Shown here: positions 1 through 8,735 of the stretch, in pieces
Layout of the letters: the number at the start of each line of letters is the position of its first letter
Position numbering within the stretch: the stretch's first letter is position 1
Assembly: GCA_029762535.1 (NCBI GenBank)
Contig: JARVGK010000013.1
Location: 40,984 to 76,137 of the forward strand
Source: Thermoplasmatota archaeon
GTDB taxonomy: Archaea; Thermoplasmatota; Penumbrarchaeia; Penumbrarchaeales; Penumbrarchaeaceae
Length of the DNA stretch: 35,154 nt
Direction of reading: 5' to 3'
Translations under genes and position numbers: made by a program
Notes under the pieces: generated by a model
Database searches by the model: none
Told to the model about the DNA's origin: nothing
The model's input: only the letters and a program-made list of their open reading frames with translations

Positions 1-336
1 AAGGAGCCTGCAGTGAAGGCGGAGAAACCCACGAAGAAGGCTAAGGTGGATCTAAAGGGAAAGGATCTGGGCTATCTCATGAAGGTGAAGGATCCGAAGA
101 ACGATGCCTTCAAGGTCGTTCTGGCAGGGTATCATATCAATAAGAACGAGAGAAAGAGGGAGTTCAGGAGCGTGGATATCGAGGATGTCCTTAAAAAGTT
201 CAATGTAGAAGCCCCGAACAACGTTAGCTATTATCTGAGAAAGCTCTCAGATGACAAGGGCCTCCTGACCCATGGAAGGAAGAGCGGAAGGTATAAGATC
301 TCCGATTCCGGAGTGAAATGGGTCGAGTATAATTGA
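1..336 (+). CDS. Hypothetical protein, C-terminal part (5'-truncated by the window edge); probable winged-helix domain
   Basis: Frame is open from base 1 (KEPAVKAEKP...) to TGA at 334-336. A Lys-rich linker precedes a helical segment ending in a wHTH-like wing (NVSYYLRKLSDDKGLL...GRYKISDSG). Confidence 0.6.
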   Translation, partial: KEPAVKAEKPTKKAKVDLKGKDLGYLMKVKDPKNDAFKVVLAGYHINKNERKREFRSVDIEDVLKKFNVEAPNNVSYYLRKLSDDKGLLTHGRKSGRYKISDSGVKWVEYN

Positions 337-370
337 AGATATAAAAGAATTATAAGCCTTGGACCATGTG

Positions 371-423
371 GGGGGGTCCATCCTAGATGTGACCCCCCAT
401 TTATTTAATATGTTTTTGTATTT
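371..423 (+). terminator. GC-rich hairpin followed by a T-rich tract; possible terminator of the first ORF
   Basis: GGGGGGTC (371-378) pairs with GACCCCCC (391-398) and CATC pairs with GATG inside. It is followed by ATTTATTTAATATGTTTTTG. Confidence 0.35.
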
Positions 424-724
424 GAATAGGTTTTGTTAATGGGATATATGGGTCACTATCCATTTTATATTTATTAGCCCTCTCATGAGTTAGAGGCACA
501 CAATAAGAATGAAAATAGGGTTTTTCCCATCTCCCTTACATCAATGGTGTATGATGCGGGATTTCGAAATCAAAGCCCAAAAGGGCGTCGATCTTACCCC
601 TCCGTTGGAAATGGATATGAAAATAAATTCGCTACATGTTCGTTGATTTTCATACCGGATCCAAGTCGCGATTTTCCATTTCCGGGTTGTCCCACTCTAC
701 AAATGTACGTCAATGAGGATCGAG

Positions 725-798
725 TGGGCCAACCCGGATTCGAACCGGGGACCTTCCGGTTATCAGCCGGATGCTCCACCGTGCTAAGCTACTGGCCC
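725..798 (-). tRNA. tRNA-Ile(GAT), no intron, CCA not encoded
   Basis: The minus strand reads GGGCCAG TA GCTT AGCACGGTG GAGC A TCCGG CTGATAA CCGGA AGGTC CCCGG TTCGAAT CCGGG TTGGCCC A. This is a complete cloverleaf with anticodon GAT and a TTCGAAT T-loop. Confidence 0.97.
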
Positions 799-818
799 GA
801 GAAAGTTCGAGTGGGCCC

Positions 819-862
819 CTAATGACCAATTCGCATTTAAGGTTTATCTAATGACCAATTCG
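819..862 (-). promoter_or_regulatory. Probable tRNA promoter: TATA-like element bracketed by two perfect 15-bp direct repeats
   Basis: CTAATGACCAATTCG occurs at 819-833 and 848-862. The spacer reads ATAAACCTTAAATG on the minus strand, about 36-49 nt upstream of the tRNA. Confidence 0.6.
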
Positions 863-886
863 TTGTCAATAAAATCCGCTTGTCGA

Positions 887-3301
887 TCAAGAAGCCTGTT
901 CGTTTTGGGACGTGCCCTCCTTCTGATTAAGGGGTTTCCTCTTCCTGTTATATAGATACGCCCCTATAACAGCGGCAGCGATCAAAGCGAGGATGATCAG
1001 TAGAAGTGAGAGGGGTACCCCTCCTTTGGTAGGCGGCTCCTCCTCCTCCATATCTGTAACCTCTCCGAGATCGTAGATATACCTCTCATAGAGGATCGAG
1101 GATGTGGTGGATCCGGTCACCAAAGGCTTCCAGCGTGCCACCTGGGCGTAATCGCTCATGATCGATATATTGTGCGCCCCGTCCCCGAGCGTTGCGTTAA
1201 GAGATATCGTGAACTCCGAACGCACTTCCTTGAACTGGGTATCCCTGAGCCTGGTCCCGAAGTCCCAGTCGATCCCCCGACCCTCGACGTTTATGGACCA
1301 TACGGCCCCCCAATCGGATTCAGATACAGTTATGATATCCCTTCGGGATTCGGTGTTCATGGGCCCGGACTGTGTCCAGTCGGGATTGCCGTCGTTGTTC
1401 TTGTCGATCGTCGCATAAAGCGATGCGAAACTGCGTTTATCAGAGCTTATGGAAGTGTATGTGAGCCTCAGCTCGATCTCCCTTGTCCCTTCGGGTATGT
1501 ACACGAGCCTGGATGTGTCGTGGTTCAACGGGATCACGCTGCCGGACTGGTTGGAGAACCTGCTCCATTCCCCGTTCCACGACGTGTAGAGCTGGTTCGT
1601 GTCTATCGGCTTTACCTGTGTCTTCATTGTCCTCTCGTACCTCTCTATCGCATCGAAGACGGTAGCATGGGGATAATCCGGGACCCCATCGCCGTTGAAA
1701 TCTTTCGTCCTGAGCTCTTTTAACGTCAAGGTCAGGCCCAATACCCTGTCCACCTGAACGAGCCCGAAACCCTGGCTCAGATCGAACGGTTCTCCGTTCC
1801 ATCCTATTGAGTAGTTCTGAGGAATGTAGTTGCCAGCGAGAGGGGTCTCCGCATCGGAAGGCGGCGTATATCGGGCTGTCGCTTCCAGGATAAGTTCGAC
1901 CTCGTGAACTCTGTTCCTTGTGTCGTTGTACCATCCCTGCCCGTCATTCCATCCGGTTATCTTCTCGGGTTCGGCCTCCTCATATACATCGGACATACGC
2001 AGGTCCGGGTAGGCGGAGAGCATCAAGGCCACCACCCCGGCCACGTGGGGTGTCGCCATAGATGTCCCAGATATTGCGAAGTAGTAAGGATCGATCTCGG
2101 AGAGGCTCTTGCCCTGTTTTGTCATGGCCGATATCAACGTCCTTCGAGCGGCGGCCGACCAAATGGTCACTCCCGGAGCACCGATGTCGGGATATGTCGT
2201 GAGGATCCCGTCTTGCCCTCTCGAGGAGAAGCTGGCCACGCCGGTCCCGTCCCTGGCGAACGCAGCCACACAAAGATTCGAGGGCACGTTACCGTATGGA
2301 TTGGTCTGTATGTCGGACCCGTCCCCTCCCGAGTTCGATCCGGCGAATACTACGATGACGTTGTTCTCGAAGGTGATCTTCTGAGATATTATCGATATGG
2401 CATCCTGCGGGTTATAATCGTTGGGTCCCGGACCCCAGGAGTTGCTCACGACCCTTATCGGATCCTCCCACTCGTAGGTGTGACCGGGCATCGAATGCTC
2501 GTAGACCCATTCCATGGCCCCCAAAGCGTTGAGGATCGCCACTGCCTCGCCGGTGGAGAGGCCTATCATCTTGGCCTTGGGAGCGACCCCTCTCCTGGCC
2601 CCCCCTGAAGCGTCTCCGTTGCCGGCCACGGTCCCGGCGCAGTGTGTCCCGTGTCCGGATGATGTGTCGGTGTTCTCCATCTCGATCCAGCCGAAGTCCG
2701 TGTCGGATTTGTAGTTCTTTATCACGACCTCTCCGTAATCCAGGTCAGGATGTCCTGCATCTATACCGGAATCCAGGACCACGACGGTCACTCCCGCTCC
2801 TTGTATGTCCGGGTATTCCCTGGAGCGATCATCGACGATGATCGAATTCCAGGTCTTTGTCGCATTGATGATCGTAGTGGTCATCTCCATATTTTGTTCA
2901 AGAGCGTCGTTATGCTCTATCCAGAAAAGTCCGGGATACCTCGACAGCCTCTCAACGGAGTGCAGATCCCCTCTTGCGAAAACGGCGGGGAGCACCCTCA
3001 TCCTGTACATCAGCTCGAACCCCGCTTCCTCTAGAGCCTCGACATCTCGCTCATCGAGCGGGGGGGTGAACTGTATAACGAATTCCAGCCTATCTCCCCT
3101 CTGGGAACCTTCGAAGGCCCGGAGGACCCCCGTATCGATCTGCGTTCCCAGTGAGTTGTCCTTCAATGAGTACCAGTACTCATCCGTAAATCCGAACGGG
3201 GTCTCATCAGGGGATAAGGACGGCCTTGAGACCGAGTTCATTGCGGAGAATGTGAGGAGGATCAACATTCCTGTTACGATCATGATGCGATTGGGGTACA
3301 T
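887..3301 (-). CDS. Secreted, C-terminally membrane-anchored S8 (subtilisin-like) serine protease
   Basis: Signal peptide and propeptide are followed by catalytic-triad motifs VVVLDSG, HGTHCAG and GTSMATPHVAG. The C-terminus has a hydrophobic helix followed by RKRK. Confidence 0.95.
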   Translation of the reverse strand: MYPNRIMIVTGMLILLTFSAMNSVSRPSLSPDETPFGFTDEYWYSLKDNSLGTQIDTGVLRAFEGSQRGDRLEFVIQFTPPLDERDVEALEEAGFELMYRMRVLPAVFARGDLHSVERLSRYPGLFWIEHNDALEQNMEMTTTIINATKTWNSIIVDDRSREYPDIQGAGVTVVVLDSGIDAGHPDLDYGEVVIKNYKSDTDFGWIEMENTDTSSGHGTHCAGTVAGNGDASGGARRGVAPKAKMIGLSTGEAVAILNALGAMEWVYEHSMPGHTYEWEDPIRVVSNSWGPGPNDYNPQDAISIISQKITFENNVIVVFAGSNSGGDGSDIQTNPYGNVPSNLCVAAFARDGTGVASFSSRGQDGILTTYPDIGAPGVTIWSAAARRTLISAMTKQGKSLSEIDPYYFAISGTSMATPHVAGVVALMLSAYPDLRMSDVYEEAEPEKITGWNDGQGWYNDTRNRVHEVELILEATARYTPPSDAETPLAGNYIPQNYSIGWNGEPFDLSQGFGLVQVDRVLGLTLTLKELRTKDFNGDGVPDYPHATVFDAIERYERTMKTQVKPIDTNQLYTSWNGEWSRFSNQSGSVIPLNHDTSRLVYIPEGTREIELRLTYTSISSDKRSFASLYATIDKNNDGNPDWTQSGPMNTESRRDIITVSESDWGAVWSINVEGRGIDWDFGTRLRDTQFKEVRSEFTISLNATLGDGAHNISIMSDYAQVARWKPLVTGSTTSSILYERYIYDLGEVTDMEEEEPPTKGGVPLSLLLIILALIAAAVIGAYLYNRKRKPLNQKEGTSQNEQAS

Positions 3302-3360
3302 GGACTATCGCTCCGGGATAGGTGTAATTTGATAATGCAATTAAACTTTCGCCAGATTAT

Positions 3361-3843
3361 TTACACTTTTCCCATCCTGCGATCATGGATCCTTGAAACG
3401 ATCCTCTTGGCGATCGTGGGGTTGATACCGTTGACGAGCATGAGATCATCCGGGATCGCCTCATTGAAGTCCCCAATCCTCTTGTATCCTGCATCGATAA
3501 GGGATCGCGCTTTGGTCTCATCGATCGAGAACTCGCTCATGAACGTTCGGACCATCGCATCCTCCCGACTTGATGCGTTAAGAGGCTCGTCATCCATCTC
3601 GGGATTGAACCCGAAGGCGGTTCTCCTATCGGCAGCTTCCTTCGCGACCTCTCTGGCCTCGGCATCGATCCTCCTCCTGTCGCGTGAGAAACGCCTTATG
3701 AACCACGGTGCCGAGGCATAGAGCAGGGCGAAGGCTATGAAAGTTGTACCTATCCATGCGGCCCAGTTGGAGGTGATGAGCCCGGCTATCGCACCGGCCA
3801 GAATCGATATGGAGCCTATGAAAAGGACCTGCCTGGTGTTCAT
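3361..3843 (-). CDS. Membrane protein with a C-terminal helix-hairpin-helix (HhH_5-like) domain
   Basis: Two N-terminal hydrophobic helices. The C-terminal ARSLIDAGY..I.D...A.PDDL..VNGINPTIAKRI matches the HhH pattern. Confidence 0.7.
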   Translation of the reverse strand: MNTRQVLFIGSISILAGAIAGLITSNWAAWIGTTFIAFALLYASAPWFIRRFSRDRRRIDAEAREVAKEAADRRTAFGFNPEMDDEPLNASSREDAMVRTFMSEFSIDETKARSLIDAGYKRIGDFNEAIPDDLMLVNGINPTIAKRIVSRIHDRRMGKV

Positions 3844-3942
3844 TTTCGTTCGGCATTGTCATACGTTTTCACCTATATAACACTGCCAAGCCGGTTTCGG
3901 GATCAGGATAATATCGGGATAAGTCCATCACCCCGCGGTGAT

Positions 3943-5055
3943 ATGATGTTCCCTATCATGGATATCAGAACGCGGATCGTTTTCGGCTGGGGTAGCTTCC
4001 AGGAGATCGGAGGGCTCATTCCCATTGGAAGGAGCTTCGTGGTCATGGGATCCCCCTCGCCCAGGCAGGAGGCGCTGCTCGAGAGATTGAGTTCCGATAT
4101 AGGGGGCGATATCGAGGTCTTCAAGGGCGTGGAACCCAACCCGTTAACGGACACCGTGGACAGAGGGGCCGATGAGATGGCACGATATCACCCCGACCAG
4201 GTCATAGCCGTTGGAGGGGGGTCTGTGATGGACGCCGCAAAGGCCATGGCCCTGGTGGCACACAGCGGAGGAAGCGTTCTGGACCATCTGCGAGGCACAA
4301 GGCCGATCGAGGGGATGGGCCTGCCACTTTACACGATCCCAACGACACCCGGCACATCCTCCGAGATAACGCCCTTCTCGGTGATAACAACGAGGGAGGA
4401 TCGGACCAAGCTAGGCCTGAGGGACCCTTCTCTATATCCAACAAGGGCAATTATCGATCCCTCACTGACAGTATCCTTGCCGCCAGATCAAACGGCCGCC
4501 ACCGGTTTCGATATCCTCTCACACGCGTTCGAGAGCTACTGGGCGAGAAGATCTACCCCGGTGACGAAAAGGTTCAGCCTGGAAGCGGTAAGCCTCGTCA
4601 GGGAGAACCTCAAGGGCGCTTTCATGGACGGCAGTGTTCGCATATACAGAGAGGGACTGTCCCTTGCATCGGTTTTCGCGGGTATGGCGTTCTCGAACAC
4701 TGGAACGACGATATGCCATGCGCTCTCGTATCCGGTGACATACGATACGGGACTCCCTCACGGTTTCGCATGTGCGCTGTCACTTCCCGGTGCCTGTGAG
4801 CTTATGGCCGAAAGGGATCCGGAGGTCATAAGATCCCTATCGCATGCTTTCGGCTGCAGCATGGGCTCGCTCCCCGATGAGATAAGGTCGATGATAAGGA
4901 GCTTTGGAATTGATCCCAGGCTCCGTCATGGATCTGTTGACGGGGGCATGGAAAGGGTGATGGGTCCGGAAGTGGCGCCTTTCAGGGACAACCTCTGCGT
5001 ATCTCTCTCGGAAGAGGATGTGAGAGGATTATACTCGAGCATGTTCATCGAATGA
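3943..5055 (+). CDS. Iron-containing alcohol dehydrogenase family protein
   Basis: Motifs GVEPNP, GGGSVMDAAK and PTTPGTSSE, with metal ligands in D...HAFE and HALSY...HG. The start is moved from 3856 to the ATGs at 3943/3946 that follow GGTGAT. Confidence 0.92.
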   Translation: MMFPIMDIRTRIVFGWGSFQEIGGLIPIGRSFVVMGSPSPRQEALLERLSSDIGGDIEVFKGVEPNPLTDTVDRGADEMARYHPDQVIAVGGGSVMDAAKAMALVAHSGGSVLDHLRGTRPIEGMGLPLYTIPTTPGTSSEITPFSVITTREDRTKLGLRDPSLYPTRAIIDPSLTVSLPPDQTAATGFDILSHAFESYWARRSTPVTKRFSLEAVSLVRENLKGAFMDGSVRIYREGLSLASVFAGMAFSNTGTTICHALSYPVTYDTGLPHGFACALSLPGACELMAERDPEVIRSLSHAFGCSMGSLPDEIRSMIRSFGIDPRLRHGSVDGGMERVMGPEVAPFRDNLCVSLSEEDVRGLYSSMFIE

Positions 5056-5059
5056 CCCA

Positions 5060-5797
5060 TCATCCCAGGGCCGATCGGAGTATGAATGCGGCGATTATCG
5101 CGCTGATTATCCCCAAGGCCACGGTCAGCATGTTCAGGATGACGTTACCGATCCATCCGCCCCTGGGCCCCAGAGAGACCGTGTTGGCTGGATTAAGGTC
5201 CTTTAGCTTGAACATCGACAGGTACATCCCCAGGACGCTTGAACTGACTATCACGGGTATTATTATGACCGGATCCGCGCTCCCGGAACCGATAATGAAC
5301 GCCAATATGAAGGTCGAAGCGATGAGGATGACGACAAGCCAGATGAGAAAGAGACCCACAGGGCCGTGCAGTCTGTAACGTTTACCCCCTGTCCCCAACT
5401 TCGAGGTGAAGGTCCTCTTCATCCTCTCGAGCACATCCGATCCTCCTTCCATCACTATCCTGGCGGGTCGATCCGGCTCCAGGTATAGCGAGCATCTAGC
5501 TACGGAGGGCCAAGTGATGCTGTAATGGAAGTATGAAGGTTTGAACATGTGGACCCTGTACCTCTCGAGCAGCTCTTCAAGGCCATCGTAGTGTTCCACA
5601 CCGGATAGACCCGAGTTGACCACGAGCTCCATGGGGGTGCTGTCCAAACCGGAGGCCTTAAGAGCGCTTTCCCTGAAGATCTTCAACTCATCTAGGCCCA
5701 TGTCCATTGAACCGAACTCAAGAACGGTCCTATCGGGTCGCTCCATTGATTTTAAAACCTCCGGGGTCCTATAAAAATCCATTGGACCTCTTATCAT
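5060..5797 (-). CDS. Hypothetical membrane protein (soluble N-domain, about three C-terminal TM helices)
   Basis: 245-aa ORF filling the gap between its neighbours, with three hydrophobic segments in the last ~105 aa. Confidence 0.75.
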   Translation of the reverse strand: MIRGPMDFYRTPEVLKSMERPDRTVLEFGSMDMGLDELKIFRESALKASGLDSTPMELVVNSGLSGVEHYDGLEELLERYRVHMFKPSYFHYSITWPSVARCSLYLEPDRPARIVMEGGSDVLERMKRTFTSKLGTGGKRYRLHGPVGLFLIWLVVILIASTFILAFIIGSGSADPVIIIPVIVSSSVLGMYLSMFKLKDLNPANTVSLGPRGGWIGNVILNMLTVALGIISAIIAAFILRSALG

Positions 5798-5870
5798 GTA
5801 GGGGAAAGGAGAGATCGTTCCCTAATTCTTCAACCCTAAAGTTATTGTAGCCCTAGAGAACTCACCGCCC

Positions 5871-6575
5871 ATGAATCCCTGGGAGGACCGCTTCGACGAG
5901 ATGAGCCGCAAGACCGAAGACGTCAGGAAAAAGATGTTCATAGATGCCCTGAGGGAGAAGAACCCGGCCATCGACCCGAGGCTGGCCATGCTGACGCCTG
6001 CCGAGGTCCTCGAGACCGCCAGAACCGATGGGGAGATGAACGATTTCATGGAACGCATCCATTCCGATTATTCGCCTGAGGAGGGGAAGGTCGCCCTTAT
6101 CTATCCGGATACAGAGAGAAAGCCGTGGACAAGGGGCTCGACCGATGCTTTGAGCTATCGAAATCTATACACGGCCCTAAAGAGCCTCGCCCTCAACGAC
6201 AGGGTCGAGCTCTTCGCCTTATCCCCCTTAGTTGGCCTGATCCCGGAGGCGTACTTCGCTGAGATGCCCATGTACGAGAGCTCCGGCCTGTCGAGCTTCA
6301 TGGTCAAGAGGCGCGGGCTCACCTGGAGCCAGGAGGACTTCAAAGCGGTGATAGACCTCGCATCCGACAGGTGCATAAGGTTCCTGGAGCGGAACCATTC
6401 CGGATTCGGGGCGTGGCATGCGATATACAGGGCCCCGTCGGTCCACGAGAGGATCATACAGGAGATAATGAACAAGCACCCGTTCCCTATATGGACGTAC
6501 ACCAGCAGGAAATCTCTATCGGACACGTATCTGGAGGTGAGGAAGCTGGTGGAGAACATCAAGAGATCGCTGTGA
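5871..6575 (+). CDS. DUF5591-like protein (resembles a domain of archaeosine synthase ArcS)
   Basis: The pattern ALIYPDTERKPW...VELFALSPLVGLIPE...PMYE resembles the ArcS PCxxxKPY...GxVPxE...YD region. Confidence 0.6.
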   Translation: MNPWEDRFDEMSRKTEDVRKKMFIDALREKNPAIDPRLAMLTPAEVLETARTDGEMNDFMERIHSDYSPEEGKVALIYPDTERKPWTRGSTDALSYRNLYTALKSLALNDRVELFALSPLVGLIPEAYFAEMPMYESSGLSSFMVKRRGLTWSQEDFKAVIDLASDRCIRFLERNHSGFGAWHAIYRAPSVHERIIQEIMNKHPFPIWTYTSRKSLSDTYLEVRKLVENIKRSL

Positions 6576-6587
6576 GGTGTCCGGGAG

Positions 6588-8660
6588 ATGAAGAACGGAA
6601 TGGAAGGTGATCTCTCGGGGTATTTCGATCAACCCACGTTCAGGACACCCCTTTCATTGCTTTTCAGGTCCCAGGTACCCAAGCAGGCCCCCAGGACCCC
6701 CGAGCAGGAGAACGAGCTGCTATCCATCCTGAGGAGGATGGTTGGCCGTTACTATCTATTGAAAGGCATCAGGATGGATGCTCACGGCGCCTATGCCTCG
6801 ATACTGCTCGAGCCCGATGAGAACCCGGAGATGTTCGAGAAGCTCAGATTGGACCTGAAGGAGAAGAACCTCTATCCAAAGCTTATGCAGGTCGAAGGCC
6901 AGTGGATCATAGCCATACTCCCACGCCAGGCCCGAAAGCCATCCAAATACACGGTTAACCTGATAATGTTGGCCGCTACCGTATTCACGACCGTATGGGC
7001 CGGGGCCTTGCTCTGGGCGAACAGGTATGGGGAGCTGAGCGGCCTGGAATACTTCACCGTGCTCCTCGACCCGGTCACACTGGGTTTTGGGGCTTTGACC
7101 TTCGCCTTCCCCCTTCTTCTGATACTTGGGTCGCACGAGATGGGTCATTATTTCACTTCGCGGGCATACCGCGTCGATGCCAGCCTTCCCTATTTCATAC
7201 CCGTCCCTCCCCTTTTCTCGCCTTTTGGAACCTTCGGTGCTTTGATATCGATGAAGGAGAACATATCCAACCGCAGGGCTCTAGTGGACATAGGCGTGGC
7301 TGGCCCGATAGCGGGCTTCGTGGTTGCGATCCCCGTGACGATAATAGGGCTGTTCCTCACCGATCTTTTCCCCGCGCCGTTCACGGACATGTTGGAGGGC
7401 AGCACCTACATAACCATCAACCCCCCATTGCTGTTCAATACATTAGCAATGGTCCTCGGTGTGGATTCCGCGGATTCCATATTCCCGACGGCCCTTGCCG
7501 GGTGGATCGGATTCTTCGTTACGGCCTTGAACCTGTTCCCCGTCGGACAGCTGGACGGCGGACATATCGTTAGGGGAATATTCGGGAAGTATGCGGTTTA
7601 CATCTCCTACGTGACGGTCGCGACGATGATCGTTCTAGGTTTCGTGACAGGGTTCACCCCCTACCTGTTCTTCGCCCTGCTCATCCTCTTTATGGGGGCC
7701 AGGCACCCGCCTCCTCTGGATGACGTATCTCTCCCGAAGAAGCGGCAGTACATCGTCTTCGGCCTGGCCGTTCTAATGATGGTCCTCACCTTCCACCCTG
7801 TACCCTTGGAGATCATGGAATATCGAAAGGGTAGCATTTCAATTATCGAGCATCACGGTGACATAATGGTGAACGGGACCGTCCCGACGGTCTATACCAT
7901 CACGGTCCTGAACACAGGTTCCATGGACGAGGATGTGGACCTTGAGGTCCTTTACGACGGATCGCGCCTTGTTCCATCATTGATATTCAAGGATCCTGCT
8001 ACTTTGGAAAAGGTATTGGATAGCGGGGAGAGGCCTCATGCCGCCTACGTTTTGGACAACATAACGCTATACCTTCTGGATCCCATTGGACGTCCGGTGA
8101 TGAAGGGAAGGACGGCCGATTGGCGAATTGTCGCCATAGGAGAGCCGCCCCCTGATACGAACAGGGATGTGGCCGTAGATCTCCGCTTCACGACGGAAGA
8201 CGGCCTCTCCGAAAGTATTTCCACCACCATCGTACCTCTGGTCGAAGGACTATACTTTGACAGGACCTACCTACCCTTGGACGTTGGATCGGCGGTGAAG
8301 GGCAAGGTAGTTGTCCTGAACGCCTCTGTAGAGAAGGTCAATATCTCAATACGATACGATCGGGTCGATCCCGATTTCAGGGTATATTTGAAACCTATCC
8401 CAGGCAACGGGATCTGGGAGGGACCTTCCCAGAACGCCCTGGTGGAGTTATCCCCCGGTCCGGACGGCCAGCTCCCTATGATCGTCCTTGCAAGGGGAAA
8501 CGTGACCGGGGACATACTTGAATGGAATTTCATTCTGGACATTTACTATACCGGGGGATCGAACAGGGCGGAATTGGATGTCGTTTTCGATCCAGAATGG
8601 GAGAACTCGACCCTCGGGTCGATACATTTGAGGATCGGCCAGCTTGGCCCTTCCTCTTGA
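6588..8660 (+). CDS. Site-2 protease (M50 family) with a long C-terminal extension
   Basis: Motifs HEMGH, AGPIAGF and NLFPVGQLDGGHI, with multiple TM helices. An SD-like GAGGTG lies upstream. Confidence 0.93.
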   Translation: MKNGMEGDLSGYFDQPTFRTPLSLLFRSQVPKQAPRTPEQENELLSILRRMVGRYYLLKGIRMDAHGAYASILLEPDENPEMFEKLRLDLKEKNLYPKLMQVEGQWIIAILPRQARKPSKYTVNLIMLAATVFTTVWAGALLWANRYGELSGLEYFTVLLDPVTLGFGALTFAFPLLLILGSHEMGHYFTSRAYRVDASLPYFIPVPPLFSPFGTFGALISMKENISNRRALVDIGVAGPIAGFVVAIPVTIIGLFLTDLFPAPFTDMLEGSTYITINPPLLFNTLAMVLGVDSADSIFPTALAGWIGFFVTALNLFPVGQLDGGHIVRGIFGKYAVYISYVTVATMIVLGFVTGFTPYLFFALLILFMGARHPPPLDDVSLPKKRQYIVFGLAVLMMVLTFHPVPLEIMEYRKGSISIIEHHGDIMVNGTVPTVYTITVLNTGSMDEDVDLEVLYDGSRLVPSLIFKDPATLEKVLDSGERPHAAYVLDNITLYLLDPIGRPVMKGRTADWRIVAIGEPPPDTNRDVAVDLRFTTEDGLSESISTTIVPLVEGLYFDRTYLPLDVGSAVKGKVVVLNASVEKVNISIRYDRVDPDFRVYLKPIPGNGIWEGPSQNALVELSPGPDGQLPMIVLARGNVTGDILEWNFILDIYYTGGSNRAELDVVFDPEWENSTLGSIHLRIGQLGPSS

Positions 8661-8666
8661 AACCTT

Positions 8667-8680
8667 AAAAAGCTTTAAAT
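8667..8680 (+). promoter_or_regulatory. BRE/TATA-like promoter of the FKBP gene
   Basis: AAAAAGCTTTAAAT lies about 56 nt upstream of ATG 8736. It overlaps the ORF-track start at 8679, which is therefore unlikely to be the real start. Confidence 0.5.
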
Positions 8681-8735
8681 GCAACTTCTTTCATCCGCCG
8701 CCATCCGGAACCCAATGTTCAGGCAGGTGCTTTCG

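Noticed and set aside
544-822. ORFs 544-822 (+) and 594-779 (-)
   Set aside because: Both overlap the tRNA-Ile gene and are translations of tRNA and intergenic sequence.
819-862. 15-bp repeat pair as a mini-CRISPR
   Set aside because: The repeat (15 bp) and spacer (14 bp) are too short, there are only two copies, and the spacer looks like a TATA element.
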